Positions 1 through 12,580 of a stretch of 64,000 nt of DNA are shown here, piece after piece. The position numbers and the translations under genes were made by a program. Numbering within the stretch: position 1 is the stretch's first letter; every line of letters starts with the position of its first letter. Origin of the DNA: Chrysemys picta bellii (Eukaryota); the NCBI RefSeq assembly GCF_011386835.1, contig NC_088794.1, positions 144,212,001 to 144,276,000 of the forward strand, read 5' to 3'. The notes under the pieces were generated by a model. The model saw nothing but the letters and a program-made list of their open reading frames with translations, searched no databases and was not told where the DNA came from.

Positions 1-859
1 CTTGGCTTGATTCAGACCATTAATCATGAAAAATAATTTCTTAAATGTGCTTTTTGAAGCAAATCACAAGCCATACTTGGACTATATTAGGTGTCTTTTG
101 AAAAATGATCTCCTAACCATACGATTGTGGGGTTAGAAGAGATCAGAGTTTATATCGGATCACGTTACCATCCTGGTTGCCCTTGGAATTCTTTTCTTAA
201 ACAGAGTTAATCAATCACAGTTAAAATGAGCTCTGAAATGCAAGCAACAGCTAAAAGAGCACTTATAATGGATGGTCTTCAATGGGTATAGGAATTATTG
301 ATAATAAAAGCCAAATATAGCTTCAAAGTATGTCAGTGTTTCATAACAAATTCTAGCTAGAGCACGCTGGTTTAATCAAGGAAGCTGCTCCTAAAATGTG
401 AAATGTAGTCCTGTTTTCCCAGATATGTAACTGATCGAGAAACACAGATGGCAGTGCTGAACCATAAGATTCAGACTATAAATACCTTCAGGATGACAAT
501 ATAAATGAAGATAATTATTCACAGTCTCAGAAGGTAGGACAATGAAATTAGATATTAAAAGGAATTTAGAGGAGAATAAAAATCTAGCTCTATCCAACCC
601 TCCAAAGAATGCTCCCTGAACTTTGACCATTGCCCTCAACTTGCCAGCTCTTGGCTACAGTAATTTCCCATGATAAACATGTCGGTATTGCTGATAATGA
701 GGCTTGGAGGTATTGGCCATTCCTTGTTAACAGTTATCCTTTTGTCCCTGCCTTTGAATCTTGCAGGGAAATAGCACTATTTGTGTGGATGAAATATGGG
801 ATGTCTTTAGAAGAGTACTTTGGAGAGTGGTTATTTCTAAGTTTTCTGGAAATAACTGG

Positions 860-1074
860 TTTCAGAGTAGCAGCCGTGTTAGTCTGTATCCGCAAAAAGA
901 AGAACAGGAGTACTTGTGGCACCTTAGAGACTAACAAATTTATTAGAGCATAAGCTTTCGTGGACTACAGCCCACTATGCATCCGAAGAAGTGGGCTGTA
1001 GTCCACGAAAGCTTATGCTCTAATAAATTTGTTAGTCTCTAAGGTGCCACAAGTACTCCTGTTCTTCTTTTTGC
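860..1074. mobile_element. Short Penelope-like (PLE) retroelement insertion: 3' end on - strand plus inverted segment, forming an 85-bp perfect hairpin
   Basis: Arms 892-976 and 990-1074 are exact reverse complements with a 13-nt spacer. Flanking direct repeat CTGGAAATAACTGG lies at 846-859 and 1074-1087 (TSD). The sequence (aaagaacaggagtacttgtggcaccttagagactaacaaatttatt...) matches from memory the abundant turtle Penelope/Neptune-type termini. Confidence 0.8.
979..1018 (+). ncRNA. Minimal type-I hammerhead ribozyme-like motif (variant core CCGAAGA)
   Basis: Stem I GCAU(979-982)/AUGC(1015-1018); core CCGAAGA(983-989) plus A; stem II GUGGGC-ugua-GUCCAC(991-1006); GAAA(1007-1010); palindromic AGCU in place of stem III; UU cleavage site (1013-1014). 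Confidence 0.6.
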
Positions 1075-1992
1075 TGGAAATAACTGGCTGCCGAGTTTAC
1101 ATCTTGTGAGGTTGCCATCTGTATAGAAGCTGTTTTCAATACATATGCCCTGAGACAGAAAGCCTAATAACACTCTTGAAAGAAAATACAGCAAATGTAT
1201 GTTATTTTAAAATTGTACTCTAAGCTATTTAATAGAAATACACAGGTATGCTTTGCAAATAAGATACAAAATAAATCCTCTGCAAACAACTATAGGCACA
1301 GTACATTGCTTGCGACAATGCCAAAAATAAAAACAAAATCTTAAATTTTGAAGTAGATTAAGAATTAACTCTATGAATGATAAAGTCTATTAACTATTCA
1401 TGAATTAGTATTTCTGGTGCTGCGACACAATTCCTTTAGACAATTTGTCTATCATTAGATAGTCAAGCTGGGGGGAAAGAAGTGTAAAAGATAAAGTGTC
1501 ACATTCCTGTTCTTCTGTCTTATCAAGACCAAAATCTGCAAGTTAGTAGAAATTAACAGTGGGGAGATATCCTCAAATAAACTGAATTCAATAAAAAAAT
1601 GGGGCCACTGTACAAACTGTTATTCATTTTCATAGTTAATTAATTGGAAATGTCAGTTTTTAAATCTATCTGAAGGTACTGCAGAATTTAAGTTCAGCTT
1701 TACCTGGGGCTTTACGTATAGCTTCCTACAGTGGTAGCTAATGGTGAGTTATAGTCTATGAAATGATAAGCACAATAATATAGTAGAATTATTTAAAGTG
1801 GAACACTCCGGTTCTCAGCCGATGCACAGATTAAAAAGTTGTTCCAATAAAGAGAATAGATCTCTTAAAGAAAATTCTGAAAATAGTTAAAATGATATAA
1901 AATGCTCTACTGAATAAAAATTCACCGTTATCAGACATCACATATAATATGTTCAGTGAGGCTTCCGGTATCTGTGATGTAATAAGCTCAGA

Positions 1993-2116
1993 TAGGGTGA
2001 CTAGATGTCCCTATTTTATAGGGACAGTCCCGATATTTGGGGCTTTTTCTACTATAGGCGCCTATTATCCCCCACCCCCTGTCCCAATTTTTCACACTTG
2101 CTGTCTGGTCACCCTA
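1993..2116. mobile_element. hAT (Blackjack/MER81-like) MITE
   Basis: TIRs TAGGGTGAC.../...GTCACCCTA; perfect 8-bp TSD AGCTCAGA at 1985-1992 and 2117-2124. Confidence 0.85.
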
Positions 2117-2392
2117 AGCTCAGATAGCTTAGGGAAATACCAACAAGAGCTCACAGAGAGTAAAGGCAACATTTAAATTGTTAACGTTTATTTCTGTGTC
2201 GAATGACTGACAGATTAGTTACTGGAGATATTCAGCACAGAAATCTCAGCCCAACTCAGTTTGGATTTTTGCTTTGCAATTCATCTTTAAATCACCTGGA
2301 AGCATCTCCATTAAGTGGAATTATTCTTCCCATTAAAGAGGTGTCGTTGCTATTAAATAACATGGAGTTTAAATTGATTCTCTAGGAGAGGG

Positions 2393-2950
2393 TTCTGTCC
2401 CCATTTTACAGATGGGAAGAGAGAGTTTAAAGTGTGGGTCCACGTTGAAAAGTGTATCATGGAGTTCACAGTCTATTTCAAATGTGCTCATCTTACAAGT
2501 AAATAGATGTGGTTTTTTTTTCTAAATGCCAGCCCTGTAAACTCAACCTGATATCAAGCTCAGTCAAGAGAATCTATATGGATTCTTTCTTTCGTCATCC
2601 CTAACAATAATTAAAAGGGTGTCCAAGCTACATTATGCCTATGCAACCGCACTGGTGATTGCAATTTAATAATTAGTCCCACAAGAAGAAATAGACTCCA
2701 GCTCACACCGTCTCAGTTCGGTTGGCTCTGCAATGCTCAAAGGAGCATTTTTGTCACTAAAATCAGCAGCTATGACTTGGAATACACACTCAGAACAGAT
2801 CTGCTGAGTAAGAAGGTGCCATTTTTACATAGTCACTTTCCAAAGCAGAACTACACTTTAAGTGGCTTGCCCAAGGTCACACATGTTAGTCCCAGAGCCA
2901 GGAACAGAGCCCAGGAGTCCTGACTCCCAGGTCCTTGCTCTAAGCTCTGT
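2393..2950 (-). mobile_element. MIR/CORE-SINE remnant in two pieces (about 2393-2440 and 2860-2950)
   Basis: CORE motifs ccccattttacagatggg and gtggcttgcccaaggtcacaca...gagcccaggagtcctgactccc. Confidence 0.55.
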
Positions 2951-4077
2951 AAGATACTCATTCCCTTTCATATGTCTATTAAAAGGCATAAAATCAATGC
3001 AGTGAATACCAAAACACATTATACATTTATACTTTTCCAGAAATAAAATGCTGAAAAAAACAAACCGAACTCAGCTGAATATGAACCATCTGTCGATTTC
3101 CTGTAGCCCTTGGATATCTTACCCCGTCCTACATACCAAGCTTCAAAAGACTAATAATACAATGTTAAAAGGAAAATGACACATCATGCCAAAGCAAGTT
3201 AATCTTAATTGACATTCTTAGGGGTGCCTTGGGGTTTAGCTGTATGACTCTCATTAATGTTAAATGGAGTGCTACCATTGAACCCACACAGAGAGCTTGA
3301 AAACTTATCCCAAATATTTCAAAACTGGGTACCTAAAGTCACACACTTCAATCCACAGACGTAAATAAAAGTGGCCCAACTTTTGGAGCTGCTGAGCATC
3401 CACGGCTCCCACCTACCTTTAAAAAAAAAATGCAAACCTTTTGGTGGGGGTACTTCACATCCCATCTCTGAGCCTCAGATCTGAATCATCATCCTCGCTA
3501 TGCCAAGGAGGACTGGCTGGGATCCCCATGAAAGCCTGATGAATTTGCTATTATTGGCTACTGAGCCACTCAAAGTATATTAGCTTCTCACTGGGCTAAT
3601 AGAGTCTGTCTGTTCACCACTCCCAGTACCCGATGGCTGAACGTACATGACTCCAAGACTGAACAAAAGTCTCATGGCTGGGCAAAGTGCACCTATAGGC
3701 TACAAGGCCAAGACTTTGTCTTTTGTCATGTGATTGTATGACTATAAATTAGGGTAAATTCATGTTTTGATCCTGGTCTCTGCATTTTTACATCAAGAAA
3801 AACAACCTCTTAGGAGGGTTATGAGCAGAAGTGTTATGAGCAGAGCACAGGTTCCTTTGGGGAAATCCAAATCAAGCAGAGCTAGATTCATATAATATGA
3901 GGTAGGACAGTCTTACCACTTGGGGAATCCCAAACAGTGGAAGTTCTACTGGGCTTTTTCCTCTAGCTCTGTGGCTAGAAATGAGAACTGGGCCTTGGGT
4001 ATTTTCTTCTCTAGTCCCTGAAATGGGAGTGGGTTAGAAAATCATTCCAAGAGTTCTGGGAATTACAAAGAGGCATC

Positions 4078-4895
4078 CTAGAATCATTGAATATCAGGGT
4101 AGGAAGGGACCTCGGGAGGTCATCTAGTCCAACCCCCTGCTCAAAGTAGGACCAACACGAAATAAATCATCCCAACCAGGGCTTTGTCAAGCCTGCCCTT
4201 AAAAACCTCTAAGGAAGTAGATTCCACCACCTCCCTAGGTAACCCATTCCAGTGCTTCACCACCCTCCTAGTGAAAAAGTTTTTCCTAATATCCAACCTA
4301 ACCTTCCCCACTGCAACTTGAGACCATTACTCCTTCTTCTGTCATCTGGTACCACTGAGAACAGTTTAGATCCATCTTCTTTGGAACCCCCTTTCAGGTA
4401 GTTGAAAGCAGCTATCAAATCCCTCCTCATTCTTCTCTTCTGCAGACTAAATAATCCCAGTTCCTTCAGCCTCTCCTCATAAATCATGTGCTGCAGCCCC
4501 CTAATAAATTTTGTTGCCCTCAGTTGGACTCTTTCCAATTTTTCCACATCCTTCTTGTAGTGTGGGGCCCAAAACTGGACACAGTACTCCAGATGAGGCC
4601 TCACCAATGCCGAATAGAGGGGAACGATCACATCCCTCGATCTGCTGGCAATGCTCCTACTTATACAGGCCAAAATGCCATTAGCCTTCTTGGCAACAAG
4701 GGCACACTGTTAACTCATATCCAGCTTCTCATGCACTGTAAGCCCTAGGTCCTTTTCTGCAGAACTGCTGCCTAGCCACTCGGTCCCTAGTCTGTAGCGG
4801 TGCATGGGATTCTCCCTCCTAAATTCAGGACTCTGCACTTGTCCTTGTTGAACTTCCTCAGACTTCTTTTGGCCCAATCCTCTAATTTGTCTAGG
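4078..4895 (-). mobile_element. CR1 LINE 3' fragment (ORF2 C-terminus and 3' UTR)
   Basis: ORF 4257-4673(-) contains [33 protein letters not shown]; CR1 tail repeat (agaatcat) at 4078-4090. Confidence 0.92.
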
Positions 4896-5811
4896 ATTAA
4901 TCAATCAGCTGTCCTGCTTAAAGCTGGTCCTGGCTATGCACATAACATTTTTGTGAGGAAAATGGTGAAGTGATTCAGTTGTCTTGTATACTGGGATTAA
5001 GAAGGTGTAAAAACAAGAATATGACAAAACTGGAAAACACACCATGTGTGGGCTCAGACGGATGACTATTTATTTTATGACCGGGAAAGGATTAATCAGA
5101 TGTTTACCATCGAAATATGTATGGGAGTAATTCAAAACGTAGTGTTTGCACAGATTACGACTAGCATTGCTATATTAAAGAGAATAGTTTTTTTAAATTG
5201 TAGTTTACTTCTGGGCAGGACCAATTTCGTGTTTGATTCATGTTTTGTGGTTTGGGCCCAGAATATATACACTGTAAGACAAATTACTTTTCATTTTCAT
5301 TGCCCACAATTTCACTGGACAGTTTCATTCTGACAAAAGTTATCAAATTCCAAGGCTTGTACACAAGAGTAGTTCTCTTTATGAAAAGTGTTTCCTTAGC
5401 CCCTCAGGATAGTTCTTTGGCTGCTGCCTCAAACCACCAGCATCACTTTGACCGCCATTGCCAACTGTTGAGCGTACAATACTGTTAGGTGACATTAACT
5501 TGCCTGCAGTACATTCAAAAATACTTTTCTTTCTAACAATGACTTGAGTGCCAATGAACGTTTACAGAAATAGGACACTGTGACCGAGAGAAACTGACCG
5601 GCAGTGAATTATATGCTTAAGGTATTTTTTAGCAACGTTCTGATCACAAAGGTTGAAGCAGGGGTTAACGTAAGGGCTGGGGGAAAACTGGCGGGAAGCA
5701 CAACTTCCCCTCCTTTCCCTGGCTTCCATTAACAGTCCCCACTCCCTCCCCACTGCTCCCCTCTTGTGACATGAAAGCTCCTCTTCCTGTTGTGGAACCT
5801 ACTCCAGAAGT

Positions 5812-5992
5812 GTTCAGTAGGCAGAATGCGGCCCAGATCTAGACTGCCAGACACTTTTGAATGGACCCTGAAATCTTTTTATTTACTTATTATTATAATT
5901 GTTGTTGTTTTTTATTATTTTCTCTGGAGTCTGGACTTTGACTATACCTTGACCAAGAAATTTGGACCTGGACAAAAAATATTTGACTACCT
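5812..5992. mobile_element. Probable degenerate non-autonomous DNA transposon (hAT-like MITE)
   Basis: End sequence ...gaccaagaaatttggacctggacaaaaaatatttgactacctct resembles turtle MITE termini from memory; no clean TSD seen. Confidence 0.4.
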
Positions 5993-6147
5993 CTTTAATC
6001 ACTGCAGAGGGCGAGGCCAGTGACCCCCAAGCGCCTGCACCATGCCAAGGATAAGAGGATTGGGGTGCAAGGGGGCAATCCACCCATCTGGTTCCCAAAA
6101 CCTCCCTTCTTCACACTTTGCCAGCAGCTGTCCAGCGTGGCAGGGGG

Positions 6148-6269
6148 TAGGGTGACCAGACAGCAAATGTGAAAAATCGGGACGGGGATGGGGGGTACTA
6201 GGAGCCTATATAAGACAAAGCCCCAAATATCAGGACTGTCCTATAAAATCGGGACATCTGGTCACCCTA
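6148..6269. mobile_element. hAT (Blackjack/MER81-like) MITE, second copy, opposite orientation to 1993-2116
   Basis: TIRs TAGGGTGACCAGA / TCTGGTCACCCTA; perfect 8-bp TSD GCAGGGGG at 6140-6147 and 6270-6277. Confidence 0.9.
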
Positions 6270-6279
6270 GCAGGGGGAG

Positions 6280-7330
6280 GAGATCGCACTGAATTGTCCC
6301 CGCACCCGCAGTGTAGGAGACGGCACAACGGCACCCCTGTACTGCAGGGGCCAGGCGCTCTCTGGGTAGCCTGCCCCTAACCCGCACCCCAAAGCGACTC
6401 CCCACCACGCTCAGTCCCGCAGAGCCAGGGAACCGCCGGGGAGTTCGCACGTGTTGTGACCCGGCTCCTTCCCCTCCGTGGCCGCTCAGCCAGGCCGTGG
6501 CCACCCTGCGCCCTCCGCGCAGCCTGCGGCGGGAGCCGGGGACAAGGCACCGGCGAGGGCTGCAGCAGCAGCCGCCGCCGGGGGGAGGGAAGGGGAGCCC
6601 GCCCGCGGGCGGCTCCTATGGGCACCGCCGTGCCGGGGCGTGCCCGGCCGCTGCCTCCCGCCCAATCCTGGAGCGGGGACGGACGCCTCATGAATAAGAA
6701 ACAGGGCCGGGCTCCCCCGCCCCTGTCTCTCCTCCCAGCCCAGCCCCACTGGCCAGGCGAGCAGCCGGCGGCGGGATGGTGAGCGCTGGCCCGGATCGCT
6801 TCCACTGTGCCTTGGCAGTGCTGCCCGGCTGAAGGGACACGCGGGGCCCAGGTGAGAGGCGGGCAGGGGGCAGCCCGCTGCAGCGGGGCTGGGAATGGCA
6901 GGGGCTGGGGGCGTGCGGGGAGCCGGGGCGATGGTTGAGAGGCTCCCTAGAGAATAGATGCCCCGATCCGTGCAAGGAAGCTGCGCAGGCCTGGCCGGCC
7001 GTGTGATGCCCGGCGACAGCCTCCTTTGTGTTCCATGGATGCTGCTGCCTCTGGCCTCCTTGTGTGTGTGTGTTTGGGGGGGGGTCCTCTCCTCCGCCTC
7101 CGCCTCCTCTCCCCACTTCTCACGGGCACAGCAAGTTCCCAGCGCCCGCCGTCGCCCCTTTCTCCTCTTCGATCCCCTAGCCCGTGGCATGCCGCGAAGC
7201 TGCCCCTCGAATGGGCTTCAGGCAGAGAGATCTGTTCCTTTGACTTTTGCAGGCAAGGATGCTCTGGAGTGGCTACACTAGGCTGGCTGCTGGTGCCCTC
7301 CTTCCCTCTGCCACTGCCCACGGGAACAAG
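6280..7330 (+). promoter_or_regulatory. ARMH4: CpG island / ARMH4 promoter region
   Basis: Very GC- and CpG-rich against an AT-rich background; CCAAT at 6662-6666; GC-box-like motifs (cccgccc); lies about 12 kb upstream of the first large coding exon. Confidence 0.8.
6700..6778 (+). other. ARMH4: Putative ARMH4 exon 1 (5' boundary unknown), ending in ATG directly before a donor
   Basis: gcgggATG|GTGAGC: ATG at 6776-6778, consensus donor GT at 6779-6780; in frame with exon 2. Confidence 0.55.
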
Positions 7331-7994
7331 GCTATTGTTCGGAATGGCCACTTCATCAGAGACCTGGCTAGATGAGGGCAATGGGTAACCTCCCTGCTTC
7401 TTCCTTAGCCTGTTGTGTATAGATGCGGTCTGAATGTCTATGGCTTATAATGAGCGGAGTGCCAGAGATTAGCGGGGGAAGGGAAGGAGTTGGCACTGTC
7501 AGGATAGTTTTTATTGTTGCATCCTTCTTGCCCACCTTGGAGCTGCTGTCCTCAGTGCAGATTGTCGGCTGTCACCGCATGCCAGGCCTGTCATTCACCT
7601 TTAACATAGCTGTTGGATTACAGTGCATTGTCATCTCAGTTAGATTTTATGCTCCCTTTACAGGAGGGATTTTGCACAGCAGCAGACTTGGGGGAGAGAG
7701 AATGCTGGGAAAAGAAATGGACATGGCTGGTCTTTTCCTTTGTTCCCTTCATTGTTGTGTTGCGGGAGGTGTTTGTGTTTCTAAAAATGCTTTCCCCTCA
7801 GAGCCCAGCTTCTCCTTTAGCATGAGTGAAATCACAATCCTGTGTTTACGACATCACATTCTGTTACTCTGGAAATAGCTATGGGGTCACCAAAGCATTA
7901 TTATGGGGTAGATTCTGAAACGTGGCTGTTTGGGTACAAAACCATGAAGAGCACAGATTACTGCTGCAAAAGCATTTTTAAAAAGGACTGAAAG

Positions 7995-8188
7995 TATTAG
8001 TTCTGGCTCTGTGACTGACTCACTGTGTGTCCTTGGGGATGGTACTTAACCTCTGTGTTTTGCAGTTTCCCTAACTGCTTAATAGGGATTATAATATTCA
8101 CCTAACTTACAGCAGGTTCTGAAAATGAGCTAGTACTTGTACAGTACATTGAAAATGTAAAATGCTATATAAGTGCTAAGTATTATTA
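7995..8188 (+). mobile_element. MIR/CORE-SINE remnant
   Basis: tgtgtccttgggg...cttaacctctgtg...cagtttccc...ataatattcacc and 3' tail tgctatataagtgctaagtattatta. Confidence 0.55.
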
Positions 8189-9166
8189 ATAATATACAAT
8201 CCTATTCTGCCATGCACTGATACCAGTTACTGTTTCCCGAGGCAGATTGTCTCTTAAGACCACCTCAGGGTCAAGTAAGATAAGAATATAGACTGTGAGG
8301 AGGAAGCCCTTTGTTTCAACACAAACGGCTTCCATAATTTGCAGAGATGAGTTGAGAAACATAAACTTTGTTTTTGTAAAACCAGAGGTGAGTTGGATCT
8401 CGATTCTATTTTTATCTGAATTTATAATGGTCCAGGATGGTTGTGTTGGATAAAAGGTTCCCATTTTTACTGCTCATTAGTAAGGAAAACAATGAAAAAA
8501 ACGTGCCAAGGAAGCAGATTTATCTTTTATGTGGAAGGTAAGTTTTTATGATTGATAGATTTCCTCAGCATGAAACAAGGTGGTAGCAAGTCCAAAACAA
8601 CAACTGATATTTTGCAAGCTGTGCCCAGCCAGCCTGCCCACCCTCTATCTCAGCAGTAATTTAACACGTCTCTGCTCATGCTTTCCCCATACCTTCTCCT
8701 CCCCCCTGTGATCACTCGAAAGAACATGAACATAGAGGAGGACTCATTGGTTCAGTTGTAGTGTAGTGTGAGCATCAATATGAAAGGTGTAGAAAGCAAA
8801 TGGAGATGTTGAGCTTTTTAGTAGCATGGTCAAACATAGGTGTTATCCTGCTCATTATCAGTAACACAGTCAAGCAATGGTGGGACTGGCCTCTGTATGA
8901 GTAGTAGCATGGGGTGCCCTGCATGGTAGTATGTGTCAGGTGAGGGGGTGTGCTTTTTAATTCGTGTATGTAGCACCTAGATACCAGTGACGAGTGCATT
9001 AGAAATGCCTAGAGAGTTTGGACAGAGATGTTAAGAACCAATATATGAAGGAACTTGGCTTAAAGAGGACAGGTCTGGCATCTGCGAGAGAGAGCCCATC
9101 AGTTGACAGGGGCCATGTTAGGGGAGTGACCTGCAAGCATAGGGAGGTGTGTGTGGTGAAGAGACC

Positions 9167-9280
9167 CAGGGATGCTGGAACAATTTTTATAGTGGGGGTG
9201 TTGTTGATAGAAACCATGGAAACCACGCATTTGGTGTTTGTTATTACTACTTCAAGCCAGGGGGTGCAGTAGCACCCCTG
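9167..9280. mobile_element. hAT-type MITE (cagggrtgctggaac family), copy 1
   Basis: TIR-like ends; near-perfect 8-bp TSD AAGAGACC/GAGAGACC; shares the internal aatttttatagtgggg and cttcaagccagggggtgca motifs with copies at 17349 and 29277. Confidence 0.7.
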
Positions 9281-12167
9281 GAGAGACCCCGAAAAGCAGA
9301 GTGATCAGAATGATGACTCTGAAATGAAGAAAGAGAGAGGATCCCTGAAGCAGAGAGCACACAGCACATAGCTGTTAGAGTGAAGCTTCAAGAAGAGGTG
9401 TGGAAGTTGCCCTGCATATTTGTCTGTCTATCTGTATATAGATATACAGAGAAAACTAAGGATTTATATAGATAAATATCTAAACATCATATGTAGTCAC
9501 TGACAAAGCAAGATAATATTACTAACTGTTTGAGAATACCATATGAGACATACTGTGCTGTTTTCCTTTTATTTTTCCATTTCTTTTAAAAAGACAAAAA
9601 CTGCAATAAAATATACATTTAAAAATCACAAATGACCCTAGGAAATATGAGAAGGGAGGGTCAAGATGTCTCCGTCCTGGACCATTGTAGCGCAGATAGA
9701 TGACTGATATGGAGGTTCTGTTTTGCTTGGTCTTTCATCCTTTTTAGGGCAGATGCCTGCATAGAACTGGTAAATAACGTAGTTTGTTTCTTGGAAAACT
9801 AAAGATATTTTGGCTTCTTGATACATGTTTGATGCTGTAGTGAACTTATCCATGGGGATGCAGTAGATTGCATATGGAGTGGCAGAATGATAGAGTCTTG
9901 TTCCACCCTCTTGCTGAATCTGATGGGCATGTTTGTTATTGGCTCCTTTTTTTAAACCTGTCTTATTCCTTGAGATTTGGCTGGAAGCTGTCAGCTGTGA
10001 GAGCAGGCCAGATAGTTCTAGCTGGTTGAGGTTTGTTTATCTGAACTAACTGGGAATGAAAAGTGTTCAGATGTGTGCTGTATTGGAAGACTGAACTGGC
10101 AATAATTTAGCATGAGGAGAAATACAGGAATTTGTCCATAAAAATATGGCAAGAGTTAGAAGTCTGTAATGTCAGACCACTGATATGTATAATCCCTTGA
10201 CTTTTGTGTCCATCATAATGGGTAAAGCCTTGGGGGCAGTGTGCATTAGCACTCCAGTGTTAAGGAATTTGATAGCTGGCAATGACTCTACTGTGTGTTT
10301 TGCACATATTTTCATATTTATATTGAGGAGTTCCAGCGTTTTTCTCGTATTCTTTTTACCAACCAGCAGATGAATCGCCCTGCTGAACACGTATGGGACC
10401 ATTCAGCTGGGCAAAGCTGGGATAATCAAGCTTGCACTCAGAGATGTGGAGAGCCGTGTACCACAAAGGTCATCCAATGATTTGTCTGAAGTGGATGACC
10501 TGTTAATCCTCTTGTGCTTTTTCTACATGACACATGCAGTCACTTCAGTAACTTCAGAGCATAAGCGTAAGCTTGAGACGTGGAAGATGGACCATCAGAG
10601 CAATTGTATTTATTCAGGTGTCTAAAAGCTTGATGCACGTCCCCTGTCAGAGTGTTTGCAATTGGAAAATATGGTCAGAACTTACCAAAGGCCAGAAGAT
10701 AGCAGAGAGGGTAGTTTTCCATGGAAACCCTATCAGTTGAGATATATTAAATTAGACTGGACAAAGTTCTGTAAAATATATAGTAGGGAACAATTATGCG
10801 GTAGCAGGGGATAAGCTTTGATGCCCTAATAGGTCTTTTCTGTCATTAGCTTCTGTGATTCTCTGACAGCTATTTGCTGTTTGTTGCACACATCCACCAG
10901 CTCTTTGGCTATGCAGTGGGTGACTTTCCTGAATGGGGAAGTCACCTGTTATCTTCACTCCCCACCTGCCATCCTCAGCCCTGCTGTGTGACAGTAACTG
11001 TTGTATTTGAGGGATGGGACTTTCTCAAAGCTGAATCTCAATATAAAATAAGAACTTCCTGACAATGGTAACTCAGAACCTGCCATCACTCTTAAACAAA
11101 ATAATTGACTCTTCGCGTATTGAGATTCACTTATGAGAAAAAAATCCATTTTAGTCAGCTGTGATAATTGCCTTCACACCGCAGGGCCGGTGCTGTAGCC
11201 TGGCTCAGAGAAAGCCTAATCAACACTGTTCTTAAAACAGTGCCTCAGCTGGTGGCCTGTTTACAGGAGAGCTCCTGACATGGCTTACATTTTTCAGCTT
11301 AGTGACTCACCCAAGGCTAGAGATGAAGTCAGTTTCAGGATCAGAACTCTGGAGTTCCTGGCTTCTAGTTGTATTCCCAGATCACTAGAGCACGCCCCTC
11401 CCTCAGCTCATTTCCTTGCTATGATCAATCCCCTCCTGCTTCCTTTCCTTTTTCTTCCAGGCCAACTGATATAAACCTTTCATTTTACACTGCCCCGCTG
11501 CCTCCAAGAGTGATTTCTCTGTTATGATGGTCCACCAGTGCCTCTTCAAAGAGAAGAGCTGGGTTTTCCCTCCAGACTAGCTGTGTTGCTCAGCAATGCT
11601 GGACTGTTTTAACCCCTGATTCCTGTAGGATGAAACAACAGCAGTGACTTCATAGTTGAGGCTGTAACTAGCTTTCCACAAGGAGCCTGATTTTGATTCC
11701 CCCTCTAAATTCCTTTCTCCTGGAAGGTGTTAGCCTAAAGGGGATATTTTTGGCAAGACTTGAGGACATTCAAAGTGTTTGTGGGCCTTGGAAAAATTCT
11801 TCTAGTGTATTCTTCTACCCTGTGAACAAGAAGCCTTTATTTTAGTCCAGTTATGGGGATGTGGTTAGGTCCTAATGAACAATGCAAACTTTAACCAAGT
11901 TATACATGGGTCCCCTGACTCAACATGTTTGTAGGATACACAGACCCTACAACAGCCAGAAAAGAGAATAGATAGGTGCAAACAGATCCATGGCTCAGTG
12001 CAGCACAAATAATGAACTGCTTTGCACTTGATTACTAGTTAAGACCTGAATCGGCTTTGCTTTAAGCTTTCCACTGTTAATTTATTTAATACATTATATT
12101 ATTTTATTTAAGAGGATAGCCAGGGGGATACTTGTAATGCTTCTTAGATGCAAAATCCAATCCAGCC

Positions 12168-12187
12168 TTTTTTTTTTTTTTTTTTTT
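12168..12187. repeat. (T)20 homopolymer
   Basis: 20 consecutive T. Confidence 0.9.
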
Positions 12188-12339
12188 GTTAAAGCTAAGT
12201 CAGGCCTTAAGCTTTGCTTAATCTTCTTTGAAATAGGTCCTTGCTGTCATTAACAACTTCTTAGGCCCCAATCCTGCAATGAGCTCTGTGCCGCTGTGCC
12301 TGCAACAGAGCCCTGTTCAAGTCAAGAGATCTAAGTTAA

Positions 12340-12580
12340 ATTCCCGGCTGTCACAGACTTCATGTGTGACTTGGGCACATCAAACTCTCTGTGTCTCTGT
12401 TCCCGTTTGTAAAGTGGTGACAATAATACTTCTTGTCTTCTACGCTTTGTCTGCCTTGTCTATTGAGATTGTAAGCTTTTTCAGGTAAGGGGCACTGTCT
12501 CTCACTGTCTATGTACTGTATCTAGCACAACAAGCCTCAGCTGGGACCTCTGTGTACTTCTGTAATGCAGATTATGATAA
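12340..12580 (+). mobile_element. MIR-like SINE with L2-type tail
   Basis: tgtgacttgggcac...ctctgtgtctctgttcccgtttgtaaagtgg; tail gattgtaagct...ctagcacaac...ctgtaatgcagattatgataata. Confidence 0.55.

Noticed and set aside
6377-7388. Many overlapping 100-234 aa ORFs in the CpG island, including 6958-7281 with a hydrophobic stretch
   Set aside because: Expected from stop-codon scarcity in GC-rich DNA; low-complexity Ala/Pro/Gly/Arg content; no recognisable domain.
7381-7390. Alternative exon-1 donor ATGG|GTAACC
   Set aside because: Weaker consensus, out of frame with exon 2 if its ATG were used, and no supporting evidence in the sequence.
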